DNA of 64,000 nucleotides from Ruditapes philippinarum (GCF_026571515.1 NW_026858977.1:124001-188000), one strand, 5' to 3'; positions 38,397 to 52,538 are shown, counted from the stretch's first letter. Notes: generated by a model from the sequence alone, not told the origin. Numbers and translations: made by a program.

Positions 38397-39672
38397 TATA
38401 ATATTGCGGATAAGTGGCCAAATGTCCAGCATGTTACTATACAAATTCTCAAATGTTCATCTCATCGAGACGACAATGCAAATCAGCATATCCTAAACAT
38501 TTTATTTTTACAAAAGCTTTCTATAGTAGATGAAGGTTACCGCACAATAACTTCTAAACAACTTTTTTAATCAATTTCAAACAAGGACAAAAAGCTGACA
38601 CACTCCCTGCTGACCAATCAATGCCAGAATAATAGAAATGTATTTTCAAGCCTTAGACACACGCCAAGAATTTATGAAATAGCTAGAATGATCCTAAAGC
38701 AGAATGTCTCCAGATTCATGTTTATTTTCATTAACATTTTGAAAAAAAGTATAAAGATTGAAACAAAGAAAGTAGTTAGCGGCTGTTATGTCTTCTCCCT
38801 CGATTATATAGTTTACAAAGCCTTTACAAGCAACAATAAACACATCTGTCACCACAAAACAGCATAATTGTATTATTCATTGGGTTTCTAATATGAATGA
38901 ATCTTTATTTGTTCATATCAATAAATACGACATGTACAACAATTTAAACATGTTTGTCTACATAATATATAACTATGCCACAGTAGAAACATTCTTCATT
39001 TTTTTTTACTCCATTACTAGGGAAGTGTTAGACTGCCTTACGACATGTATGTTAAATTGCTTTATAAATACGCTTGGCATTTGAATGTGTACCATTCAGA
39101 TCACCTTCCATACTCTTACAAATTAGCATAAAGCGGACGCCTCGCTTTAACCCAGTATTGCTTTTGAACTTGAGGCAAGCGCACATCCAGACATCTTTGA
39201 TCATTTCCGAATAATTGAATGTTCTACTATTGATATTTTGTTATGTTTGTTATGTGGGCAAGGCTTACTCTTTGGCTAGTACAAAACTACGTTTTTCCTC
39301 CTCTTGCATAGGAAGCCAATAAATGGCGCTTGGTTTCTGCGTGTGTATTCATACTAAAATCTTACCTTTTATTTATTCTAACTAACGTCGTGATCATTAA
39401 AAACAAAAATACGAATAATTGACAGACTCACAACTATTTTCATTAGTAGTAATTTAATGATTTAACGAATCGCCGCACGAGTGTTAACTCTTAACAGCTA
39501 GAATACTACTCTGTTCAATTGTTTCTCTTTACTCTGTCTAACAATGGAAGAATGACATACATTAATAATAACATTATTATAGATTTTGTCGTTTATTTTT
39601 ATAAGACATATACATTTAATGAGAATTTTATTGATGATTAAACTTTCAAAATGAAATCATGTTTTCTGTCAT

Positions 39673-40449
39673 TTAGCCAAAAATGTCACAATAATGGCAT
39701 CTGTACTCGTATCCGGACTGAAAAAAGAAAAAGAAAACATCACTAGATTGTGTAATGTATAGCACTGATATTGTTACACTGTTCCTACGATAAAAAGAAA
39801 TACAAATTGTTATATTTTACAAAAAAAATATTCTTACATATTATATTATTGATTTAAAATATTTCCTCTGTCAAATAATAAAACCAGGTGAAAGAGAGGA
39901 AAAAAGCACGACAAAGTATTGGTATAGAAATAAAGAAAAGATTGAGCATACCCCCATACAGTAGCATATACCGGCACATGCACCATATTGTCCAATACAG
40001 CCATAGCCATGTGTTACACAGTTTACATGGTAACATATTTCTCTAGTGTTCTTCACACGTGATTCTGCATATATATATATACATCATGACTAGTACAATT
40101 CTACATAAATGTCTTATTTTCTATCATTGAATTTGACTTAAAGACGAAGAACGTAATCATTTTTTTTTTGCTAATTTCATTGTCATAACTTTTTATTCCT
40201 CGCTACGAACATCACAAAAACAAAGAAGAAAAAAACCATCAAATACTTATGGATACCTCGATGTATTTCGACCAAAAACGAGAGTAACTTGTAAAACATA
40301 CGGTAGATACCATTACGAATATCACAGAAAGATAATGTATGATAGTAATTGAACAAAAATTACTTACCCCCTTCCTTCACAGAGAAAGAATCAGTACCAG
40401 CAACCAACACCAGAACAATCAACAATGCACACACAAAAACACCTTTCAT
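39673..40449 (-). CDS. Secreted cysteine-rich peptide precursor C, 79 aa; exons 40449-40368, 40064-39952, 39717-39673
   Basis: MKGVFVCALLIVLVLVAGTDSFSVKEG|ESRVKNTR-EICYHVNCVTHGYGCIGQYGACAGICYCMG|SGYEYRCHYCDIFG*; same intron phases (1, 0) as A and B; AATAAA at 39632-39627. Confidence 0.9.
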
Positions 40450-40521
40450 TGTCGTAGTTTAAATGTGTAGTTGTCTTAATTGAATCAGCAGATGAATTTA
40501 TTTAGCAGGACAGTTTGCTCC

Positions 40522-40529
40522 TATTTATA
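40522..40529 (-). promoter_or_regulatory. TATA box of peptide gene C (TATAAATA)
   Basis: About 73 nt upstream of the ATG. Confidence 0.6.
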
Positions 40530-42431
40530 TGGTATTGTCAGTTTGTTTACGAGATTGCATACAGGTCTGCATATGAGGGGTGTATCATTTGTTTCTATTT
40601 GGAATTCCAGAACTTTTCAAACTATACAAATATGAGGGCCAGTCGTTATCATATTTCGTTTTTTAGGTACTTATTCAGATATTAGAACTTTTCTTTTTTA
40701 AAAGATTACTCAGAAATAGTGTAGGTGAGGCAGCAAAATGCAGAGCAGTGGCATCTTTACAACTATAGTATCAATGGCTTCAATCTCAACTTAACCTGTA
40801 GAGCAACACCGCACGGCAACAACAAATACATTTACTTTCTAAAGGGCGTTGCTCCACAGACATTGTGCTTTTTTAAAGAGCATCTTTTTATAAACTTAAT
40901 ATTTTTCTTCCAAATACATGGTACCTACATATCCACCTACCCATGGATATTTGATGCGATTCTACTACTTTAGGTACATCATATACTCTCACGTGAAACC
41001 AGATATGTTTAATTAAAGGAAGTGAAGTGGAGAGATGTGCAATGTCATCACAATTGAATATAATAATAAGCTTACGCTACAGATGTTTTGAAACGATTTT
41101 TAATCTACTTGAAATAATGATGATGAAGTAAAGAGATCTGATATTGTCAAAAAACAAAATGAGCTTACGAATGACACAAACCAATATGGACATCGTTGCC
41201 AGTGTATTAGTAACATATGAAATGTAGTAACATTTGAAATGTAAAATAATTTGATGTTGTTATCGCAAAACCAGTAACGCATCGCACATATTTTGATCAA
41301 GCCTTATTTCGCACTCGGAACATGAACAATTATTCAACAACCCATGGGACTGGAAACATTTGCCACACTAGGATACTGTTCTGTAAATGGAAGTCGGAAG
41401 TCCGTCTGAAAAAACTGCAAACAGAATGATAAGGGACACTTTTTAAAATCCATTTCCGTGTCGGTAAGTAATTTTACACTCGTGGTCAAAATAATTTTCA
41501 ATTTCGAATTGATTTGTTTAAAAGCTTTAAATTTCCTTAAATCTTTAAAAAGAAAATGCTTATATCTTGTTTAGATTCAATAGAGATAGTGTTTTAATAG
41601 GTTCCCAAATGAAGCGGTTATATTTGAAAATTAGTGAGCATATTTGAAGGGAAGACTTACTGAAAGCTATGCAACGATAAGAAGGGTATATCAAAGTCAT
41701 CCTTTGATTGCGTCTGTTAATGGGAGACAATTTGACGCCGCACAACACTAGCCAATTGAAACAAGTACATTGTAACAAAGAGAACGCAGAGGTGGTTCGC
41801 AGGTGCTCCAATTGTATATGACAACTGTGGAAGAGAACATACCGTAGCAGAATAATGAGTGAAGCCCGAAGGTTGGTCTGATAAGATATGTTGATAAGAT
41901 TTAATTAAAAGTGCGTTAGAATTTCAAGGACAAATTATGAATGATAAAAACTGCTGATATGGCAAAATTCAAAATGATTATCTACCGGTATGCATATAGC
42001 TTTCTGTTCGTATATTTTATTTGCTGCAAATTTAATTACAGTAACTGTAAACTATAACGTATCCATTGTTTAAAAGACATCAACAACTTGCTGCATGAAT
42101 AAGACAGTACAAGACGATTTGTAATGATATATTACAAATATATACAATTTGTACAAATAAGAATAACAGATATAAATGAAGTCCATAAAACATATACAAA
42201 ATGTAATCTTTTATTACGTACATAAGTAAATAAAACTGTTTGCGTCGTTATTTCATGCACAGTAAATACTCTCAATTTATTAATAACAACAGACAAATTA
42301 ATGTCGTGATGTGGTCTTATTTCCCAAAATAGCATTTTAATTGATAAGGAATCATTTGAAAAGAAAACAAATCCTTATCTAATATCATTTTACATTTCAA
42401 CCAATAAATAAGTGATTTTTATCAACATAAA

Positions 42432-45400
42432 TTAACTGATTGATTCGAAAACGTTAGCACTTGCTTTACTAATGTCATCCTCTAAGAAATCAAACCTGGC
42501 AGCACACTGTAAGTCAAAGTCTGTAGCAATTGCAGTAGCCTCAAGCTCCGTTCCACGGCACGTCATACTCAGCATCAGCGTTACCCGATCTTCGTTCAAC
42601 TCTCCCGGAATTTTTATTTCTAGCTTTCCTAGGAAAATACTACCGGGCTCGTCACAGAACAACGGATCCTTGTTTTCAGAATGATAAACATTCCAGTAAA
42701 CTGAAGGATTGTTTCTGTTAAAAACCACGTACTTTCTTTCTCTGCTCTTCCCACCTACATACATGTGTTCACCGTATTCAATATGCTTATCGAAGATGTT
42801 GTCAACTACTGCTTTCCCTTTAATGACCCTCCTCCGATCTGCTGGGTGAACTGAGGGGTTAAAATACTTTCTTGTGTGAACTCCGTATGTGTACGGACTC
42901 ACCCTCGCTGCAATTACATTTGCATCATTGCCAAACATCACCGCACCTTTCAAAATGGCGACACTTCCGTTACCAGGGGCGATTACTCTGACATTTACAA
43001 AATGTTTTCTCAAAGCACCGCTGACAGTTGGTGATTCGGAAAATCCTCCGACAAGAAGTAGAGTAGATACAGATCTAAGTTCTTTCTTTCTCATAAGTTC
43101 TTCAATGTGCTGAGTAATTTCTTGAATGGCAGGTTCAAACAGCTTCTCCATTAATATAGGTTTTAATATCAGGCTATGTTTAACTAATTCAACATTCTTT
43201 TTAAAGTCTCTTTCAAGAAGGCGTTCTTGTATATCGTACTTTTTGGCTTCTTTAAACATAGGAACCAGCTCTACTGGAAAATTCACATCCATGTCGTCCA
43301 TGTTAGGAGCATATTGTCTTTTCTTCTTTTCAAAATCCTTCTGAAATTCTATCCACTCGCTCGTGTAATCTTGTGCAAACTTATCAAGTACAGGTTTGGT
43401 AACCTGCAAAAAACAACAATGATTAACTGTATGGTATTTAAACAGTTACATTAATTGTAGTGACCGTCTATGATTATTTAAAGTAAAACATTACAGACCA
43501 AACTTAAATTTAAACTTTTAAACTTTAAAGTTTAATCTTAAACTTAAATTTATTGCAATAGAATAATTAACTTGCCATTTTTTCAATAAATTTTTCGAAA
43601 GCCTCATTAACTAGTTGCCCTCCCCAAGGTCCCCCAGTAGCTGCATGAAGCTCTTTTAACGTACCATCCGGCAATACTTCGTGTCCAGTTGTATCAACAG
43701 TGCCTCCTGAAATACACGAAATGATATCGTTATCAATTTCCAGAAATGTAACACCGATAAATCATTTGACCTGGGTATCATATGTTCATTTATGTATTCA
43801 ACTATTTAAGCAATTAACCTTTGTTGTATAAGTTTACTTTTTAAACAAAAATAAGACGTTGACATGCATATAAAGTGACGGTGATTGGCTTCATACCGCT
43901 TTCAATATACTATATAAAGCAACACAGTTCATGATGTCACAATATTCTGCTTACCTCCGCAGTCTACCACTATGTACTTCTCTCCAGGGTCGAACGCTCT
44001 CAAGAAAACTCCATCTACCCCACCCACTCTATTTAGCGCTAGTTCTTTGCAGAAAATGGCGGCTGATTCTGGCTCAAGAGCCAACGTCAACTGGTCGTTT
44101 GGGATTCCTGCCTACAATATTAAACTAAACGTATTATCAGTCATATATAGAAACGTTGACAATGAGTAAAATTAGATTATATTTTGTTAATGTCATGAGC
44201 TTTTGAAACACTTGTTCTATTTCTTTATTTAATTGTTTGCAACATTGGTCTGGGCCGTACAATGTAACATGTGTATAATATATGTTTGTTTATCAGGTTT
44301 TCACGCCGAACTGAACACATTTTTGGTCACATTTCGGTAACCACTTTCCGAGATAACTTTCCAGTAATTACCAATTTCACCGCAAATAAGTGACCCACTA
44401 TTCATTCCACATGATTTCATGGATCAGCGGATAGACAAGACACAAATGACCATAAGACTAAATATCCGCAATCAAATTAATGAAATTGTCACACTGAAAT
44501 TTCACCCCGCCCGACAATGGAACCAGTGACCCCTGGAGTACAAATCACATGCTCTCAGTAGGCGCTATCATAAATAATATCCAAAAGACTACATGACTTA
44601 CCATGGAGGCGGACTCTCGCATGAACTGTTTGGCGGAATTTCTCCAAATGGCGGGTACAGTGATTACCCATTTGATCTCTCTAAGGTTGACATCTTCCCG
44701 GAGACCATCTCTTAACTTGTTTAACAAGTGCTTCTGTAATTAAAAGAACTCGTTTTGTTTTCTTTTTCTTTACTTCCAACTTTAAGCACAGCTTTGTTTT
44801 TGTTGTTGTTGCTTTTTTTAACAATGTTATACTGTTTTGTCATATCGCTGAATGAATAAGTGATACATTTTAATGCAATCATAATATTTATCAATTGGTT
44901 GGAAAAGATAAAAGGTTAAGAAAAAAATGGTGAAACTAGTCTGCAGCCTGAAAATATATGTTTTTTGTTAAGTAGGCAAGTTCAGACAGGTAGTGGTGTA
45001 ATTCCTAAAAATGAATCGGTATTTATCTGTCTTTAAAAAACACTCATTATAATGCCTTATATGTTTTATACTTTTTCATCTTTACCATTAAAGTGTGAGT
45101 CCTGTATCGATGGAACATTTATGTTGCGTTCATTGAAAATCACCCTTCCTTGATGATCTTGTTTTTCATATTTCATTGCCTATATATCATTTGTGAGATA
45201 TATTTCCCGAACAGAATAATTTAGTTAATCTATATGCCATCATTATTATATTACCTTGACATATTTGATGGCTTCTGTAAAGATAATAAGAGCTTTCATC
45301 TTTTTTCCGTCGGCGTCGGCAAGCATCATTTCTCGATTCAAATCCTGAAGATAATATTAAGAAATGTAAGTCAATTGTTATTTGATCTTATAAATGTACA

Positions 45401-45889
45401 ACAAATAATGACAGGTTTCTATACACTACCAAACAAACAAATTTGCAGAAGCACTGCATGGAGAGGCCATATCTGCCTTATTTTTTTTTTCTCCTTTGGA
45501 AACCAGCTTGGCGATATCTTCATTACATTTTTATAGGACATGAAACATATTATGTGTATAAGTGTTACCTTCTCGTGGTGTAGTCTCATTTTGAAATGCC
45601 GGAAGTAAAACCAGTCTGTATGCTCATTTTTCAAAGTCAGTGTTTTATACTTGGATTCTGCCTCGAAACCAAACGAATGAAATCGTTTCTGTGGGTCCAT
45701 TAGAACTGTTGTTGGTGCCTGCAGCCCCATTTCAGCACTTCCTAGCCACGCTTGATCGGTATTGATGTCAGCTATACGGGTATCGTGATCTCTGCGCAGG
45801 TAGTATGCATATCCGGTGCACGTGGTACCAAAATCAATGGCTGCCACAACAATGCGGCCCATCTTTGATTCCGGGCGAGATTTCGACAT
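42432..45889 (-). CDS. HSPA12A: Heat shock 70 kDa protein 12-like, about 600 aa; exons 45889-45569, 45344-45255, 44733-44602, 44111-43955, 43706-43576, 43403-42432
   Basis: VVAAIDFGTT, WVITVPAIW..SAKQFMRE, ALEPESAAIFC, VVDCGGGTVD, GGPWGG, LLVGGFSES and AILKGAVMFG...R.SPYTYG are HSPA12-type signatures; exon phases are consistent. Assignment to 12A versus 12B is not resolvable. Confidence 0.9.
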
Positions 45890-47679
45890 CCTGGTAAAAA
45901 TATTTATAATCCATTCACTCAATATTTGTTTAGAAGTATACGATAACCAAATAAATACATGATGAACTTAAACATTCTGTTTAAAACAAGCGACTCAGAT
46001 ATAATTAATTGTGATCGATTTCCCGCGATTATTGCTATGCTCCTAGTCAATAAAATTGCATGTTAAATTATGTAAACAGTTCTGGTCGCATTTCTTCAAC
46101 AGAGTGTTTTCATTACTTGAGCAGGCTTTACAATTCTTGAAAGAAATCGTATTAATCAAATTTTATTAACTTTGTTCATTCTTCATTTACAACTGATTTT
46201 TGTAACAGTCAAAGAAAATAATGGGGGTGGGGAACGTCAAGACTCTGGATGAAGGGTATCGATAACTTTTCTAATTGACCTTTTTGTGGCTGATCTAAAT
46301 ATTTTGCTGAGAATACATGCATAATGGCCGACTTAACGTTCGTCTAATAAGAAGGCATAAATTTGAAATTTATTACATAAACTCTTGAATCTTGATATCT
46401 TCGGTGTATCATTGGGGTAATTACTACATTTTTAACCAATGTATGCTTCATTTTTCCTTCTTGTGAATTTTAGTGTTCAAATTGTTACTATTGTTGTTGT
46501 ACACATGGTCATGTAAATTGATCATGTTCAATTAAAAAAAATAGTACATGAATATCAACCATTTTTCTCTAAATAAACATGCTTGCGGAAATTTAAATTT
46601 TGTACTGATTCTAATCAGTACGTGGTTCAATATATACACCAATAAAGTTCATCATATAAGCGAGATAAATGCATGGTTATGTATTTTCTCCCAAGATGTA
46701 AGACATTTTATCTAGTTTTCAGCATACTGTATTTAAAAATCATATTGAGAATTAAATACAGGACAACGTTCTGTATCATTAATCTTGTCATGCTTTTCTT
46801 TATTTCATGCAAAAGGCACCTTGTCTACACTCTTATTATAAAAAATATCAATGATAAAATGTATATATGTAAAAATTAAAATTCACTTGTGAACTAACCT
46901 TGACGTTTGTTTTATTTCTCTATGTATCCAATGTTTCCATATTTGCTAGTTATTGTTAAATAGCCTTTCAAAAAACAAAACGCTTCTATTCAATCAATGT
47001 TTAAGGCATATATTATTTAAATCGCTTGTATTAAGAGGTTTATATCAAAACTACATCAGTCCGGGACATAAATGTATCGCGATGATATATCAATAGTTTC
47101 TACATACAGAAACAATAGATCAATTATAACAATTATATCAACTATATGATTACCGTCAGATGACAACGGGTTAAATATTTCAGTGCCGGGGCTATTATCT
47201 CAATATAACACAAGGTAGTATTTTAACAAAATCATTGTAGAGATTCAATTTTTATATATATACTACGGTGTCTTGTACCATATTTATTATCACCTTGCAA
47301 TAATAATCCTTTAAGAGAAAGGCACTAACTCACGCTTTTGGAAAAAAACTTCACTGTAGCTAAAATCATTCGCCATTTCACCAGTGAGCAGCGTTCGAGC
47401 ATCTATATCAAAGGTAAACCACCAATAAGCCCAAGGCCAAGATAAAACTATGATTTTAGGCCAAGGGCAGGCGGTTGTGCAGAGATAAAAGTAACAACAT
47501 TTTTTAGTTAAAAGACTGAGAGATTCCCTGCCAATACCACCGAAATAAACTTGCCTTTTGGGTGAAACTTTGAGGCCCCGGGCAATGAATCTATGAGGGA
47601 GACAAAGCTGTTTCTTCACTGTAATACTGAAACAGTGGCACTTTCATATGAAATGACAATTACCGGTTTCCTATGCTGT

Positions 47680-48937
47680 AGACTATGAACACACACAACT
47701 AACAGGGTATCTATAAACACACACGACTGACAAGGGAACTATAAACATACACAACCAAGAGGGTGTCTATAAACACACACAACTGACAAGGGGACTATAA
47801 ACACACACGACTGACAAGGGGACTATGAACACAAACGGCTGACAAGGGGACTATAAACACACACAAATGACAAGGGGACTATAAACACACACGGCTGACA
47901 AGGGGACTATAAACACACACAACCAACAGGGTGTCTATAAACACACATGGCCAACAAGGGGACTATAAACACACATGGCCAACAAGAGAATATAAACACA
48001 CATGGCCAACAAGGGGACTATAAACACACACAACTGACAAGGGGACTATAAACACACACGACTGACAAGGGGAATATAAACACACACGATTGACAAGGGA
48101 ACTATAAACACACACGACTGACATGGGAACTATGAAAACACACACGACTGATATGGGGACTATAAAACACACACGACTGACAAGGGGACTATAAACACAC
48201 ATGACAGACAAGGGGACTATAAACACACACGACTGACATGGGACTATAAACACACACAACTGACAAGGGGACTATAAACACACACATGACTGACAAGGGG
48301 ACTATAAACACACACGGCTCACAAGGGGACTATAAACACACATGACAGACAAGGGGACTATAAACACACACGACTGACATGGGACTATAAAACACACACA
48401 ACTGACAAGGGGACTATAAACACACATGACAGACAAGGGGACTATAAAACACACACGACTGACATGGGACTATAAACACACACGACTGACAAGGGGACTA
48501 TAAAACACACACGACTGACATGGGACTATAAACACACACGACTGACAAGGGGACTATTAACACACACGACATACAAGGGGACTATAAACACACACGACTA
48601 ACAAGGGGACTATAAACACACACGACTGACAAGGGGACTATAAACACACATGACAGACAAGGGGACTATAAACACACACGACTGACATGGGACTATAAAC
48701 ACACAAGACTGACAAGGGGACTATAAACACACATGGCCGACAAGAGGACTATAAACACACACGACCGACAAGGGGACTATAAACACACACGACTGACAAG
48801 GGGACTATAAACACACACAACATACAAGGGGACTATAAACACACACGACTAACAAAGGGACTATAAACACACACGACTGGCAAGGGGACTATAAACACAC
48901 AATTAACAAGGGGAATATAAACACACACGACTGACAA
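47680..48937. repeat. Minisatellite, about 45 copies of 28 bp (ACTATAAACACACACGACTGACAAGGGG) with 26-30 bp variants
   Basis: Direct head-to-tail units with no unique spacers. Confidence 0.97.
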
Positions 48938-51900
48938 AATGTAAATGCAGCAGGAAATCAAATTGATAGATCCCTACTCTGATCTTTTAATTTAACCACA
49001 AAAATTGTTATGTGCTCTTATGTTCACAAGTCTGTTGTGGTGAAATTCTGTCTGCATTTATCCGATATTAGAAAGGTTGGGATCTGTGCATATTTGGCAA
49101 AAATTGGATATGTAAGTCAACTGTTATAATTTTCCAGGACTCTAAATAGCAAATCTCCTGAATTCAAATATTTTTTTTTATTTTACACAAACATAAATCC
49201 ACATTACTTCTTACAGTACCCTTATAAAGCTTTCAAAATGCACAGATTGATAAAACAAGAAAGAAACAACACAGTAAATTATTTAGAATTTCCTTTATTT
49301 AGAATTTTAATTCATCCTGTACATTATTCAATGTACAATTTTCAATGAGATAAATTGATGAAGAAAAATACAATTTCTCTTAAACATGGTAAAATATATA
49401 CAATATTACATATAACACGACAAAACTTATCTAGTTCCAAGTTGTTTAACAATCAGTCCATCATATATTTATTAATCCCCACTAATCCAAATTTAAGCCT
49501 ATATAAACGCGCTTCATTTTGATCAAGTCGGGAACCAGAACATATTATTTTTTCAATGATTTCAAGATTTATAAAAAATCTCACAGCCAGGAACCAGGCA
49601 AATTTTCTCCGGGTATTTTATTTAGGTGAACACAGTTTGCAGAAATTCTGTTCTAACAAACAAGGTTTATTATATTGATCGTGATGCGAGACATAATAAA
49701 TTCATTCTATAAACACTGACACATCTGTAATCAAGAAAATCTCAAAAACAAGAAATGCTGGGTAAAGTTTCAGCTTCAGTATGCAATAAGTTCATACATA
49801 ATTTATTACACCAGACATTTTCAAAACTGAAGAAAAACAACAAAGAAAAAGTTTATCAACGCTCCATCTTCAGTCCCTATATAATCATTAATACCAAAAT
49901 TACAACCTTTTATATGACAGTTTATATCTTTCAATACACAGGGCGACATTTTCAATCAAAACACATTTAAAATGCATATACATGTATAATGATTAAACAT
50001 AAAATGAATGAAATTATTTCGAATATTATAAAATGAATTGATCTACAGGAGTAATTTTACACTGTGACATAGCAACAACTTTAAGAGTCTCTATTCTAAA
50101 CTGATTTTATATGAAACATAACTCAACTGAAGAAAAAAGTTGTAAAAATAAAACCCTGAAAAGCATGGCTACTAACAAACTTTCAGTTATTCAGTCATTT
50201 TGTAGTCTTGCCTACAACTACAAATTACTCCTGTAGCTCAATAAAGGTGTTGCTATTTGGCCAGGTAAATTGGTGTATTGGTCTTTTTTATGACTAGGTT
50301 GTAAACTAACATTTCACATTCACCCCAATATCATGTTTACAAACACATGTTCTCAAAACCCAAATCCCTCAGAAAAAAAGCAATTATTAACATGACATTC
50401 ACAATAAAACAATTAAAAATGTAATTTTTCATGTTTGACGTCTAGAATGGTTGAATAAATCCAGTTGTTTACAATTACAAAATTACTAAATGTATGGTCA
50501 TTTCACATTACTAAATGTGAAGACGCATTACTAAATGTGAAGATGCATTACTAAATGAATCAATACCTTACACAGTGGAGAGAAGTTCAAACACGTGAAA
50601 AAATAATTAATTAATTAAACACATTTGTATACAAATAAACCATTTCAATTGTAAACCCATAAACAAACCTGTATATTAAACAATTATACTTTTTGTGACA
50701 CTATTCACCATTCATGAGCAAAATATACTTACAAAAAAAAAATCAAAATCAAAAACACAAATTGAATGCCAATCATTCTTATAACTGTAGCATTCTGTCT
50801 AAATTTACAGTGAACGGAAAATAAAATTCATTACAAACAATCTTTCCTACAGTTTACAGTTGACTTACCTCCCCTTAATAGTTTAAAATAATAAAGATAT
50901 ATATACTTGTAGCATTTTTGTCCGCTGTTAACTATATGAAAGTTTGTCTGTGTAGTTACAAGTGTCTTAAAGCATCAGCAGTGAGTCCATAATTAAAGTA
51001 TAAATGTTTTTTTATTATACATAAAATATTCAATTAACAACAAAAATAAACAACACAGTAACCTCAGGCATCAACATACAGCAACAGACAATCTTCTCTG
51101 TACAAAAAAACAACACATTGCTAACATTAACAACTGTATATTTTGCATAAATCAGGCACTAATATATTTATGTCAAAAACAATAAACCTTTTCAAAATAA
51201 GAAACAAGTAACACTGTGCCTGAAGTTTTCATATTTTTCATTAATTCAGCTCCATATTTATATTATTTTTTTCTGTACAAAAATTTAAAAACAACTATCG
51301 TGAAATCATCATTTTATGAAAATCAAATAAACCATGTGTTAATAAAATACATGCAGAATTAAAGAATTTTCAATAATAATAGCTACTATATATCTATAAA
51401 AAAAATCTTCTACAAAAAAAACACTCATTTCAATCATGTACTAATGAAAGAGCACTATATGTACTAGCTATTTAAAAATCATTCAAACAAAACATGATTT
51501 ATAATAAAAAAAGAAAATAAATTTGAAACTATTGAACATTTAGAGTAGACAAGAAAATGATACCTTTCCAGAAAAAAGTAAGATATCATATAAAAAAATT
51601 CCTTTTTTAAATTGCACAAGGTTTAATTTCATATCTAACAGGCTTTTGAATTACTCTGATGTTTATCAGAGTATTTAAAAATAAACTTGCATCGTCAAAA
51701 TTATGAGAGAAAATGAATAAATGCTTAACAAAACAGAATATAAAATATGGAAGACAGTAAATAAAACCCGAAACAGAAAAGATTGACAGTTTCTTTTCCC
51801 AATAATTTTCTGACTTGATAAAATACAGGAAAAAATAACAATCTTAATTAAAAAGGGGGAAAAAATCACAAAAAAATATCTAAAAATTAAAACTTTCTCA

Positions 51901-52538
51901 TCATGTAAAATTGCTTCCTTTAGTTATAGTATATCTTATTATAGGTTATTACATCAATTACCAATTTTCTTAATATTCTACTCTAGTGAAGGCAGATTTT
52001 AACATGTGTATCAAACTTTTCCTTACACTTAATCAGGACACAACATGATCTAAAAAATATAAATCAAGAACATTACCTGCGTAAAATGATTGACCTGCGA
52101 GCTAACAAATAACATATCACAAGAATTTTCAATAGAATTAATAAAATATTGACAAAAATATTTTACAGATTTATGTAATAAAATTATTTCCTCTTGATCT
52201 TTGAATATTTGAAAAAATTTGTTAACTTTCATAATGTCCACTTGTCAAAATTAATTTAGTAACTCTCCTCTATGATTTAATCAAGTACCTTTTACAGGTA
52301 TTTCAAAAAGAGTTAATGTAAATAATTTATATATAAAATTTTATATCACTTCTCTTATAAAAACAAAAAAAACTTTTCAGTATAAAACCCTCCCAATATT
52401 TCAGCAGAGATAACCATGTTTAAAGCATCACCATTACCCAGTGATTATATTTAACATTTTGCATGATGAATTTATCTATACAGTCTTGTAAACATTTCAT
52501 AGTCTTGTAAAAGCCGACAATATCCTCCCACGCAACAT

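Noticed and set aside
39085-39345. Possible extra minus-strand exons between peptide genes B and C (AG...GTAAG-bounded segment near 39270-39337)
   Set aside because: No Cys pattern or similarity to the peptide family, and no consistent gene model could be built.
47680-48937. CRISPR-like array, or the Cys/Val-rich ORF 47963-48259
   Set aside because: Head-to-tail repeats without unique spacers in a eukaryotic context; the ORF is just the translated minisatellite.
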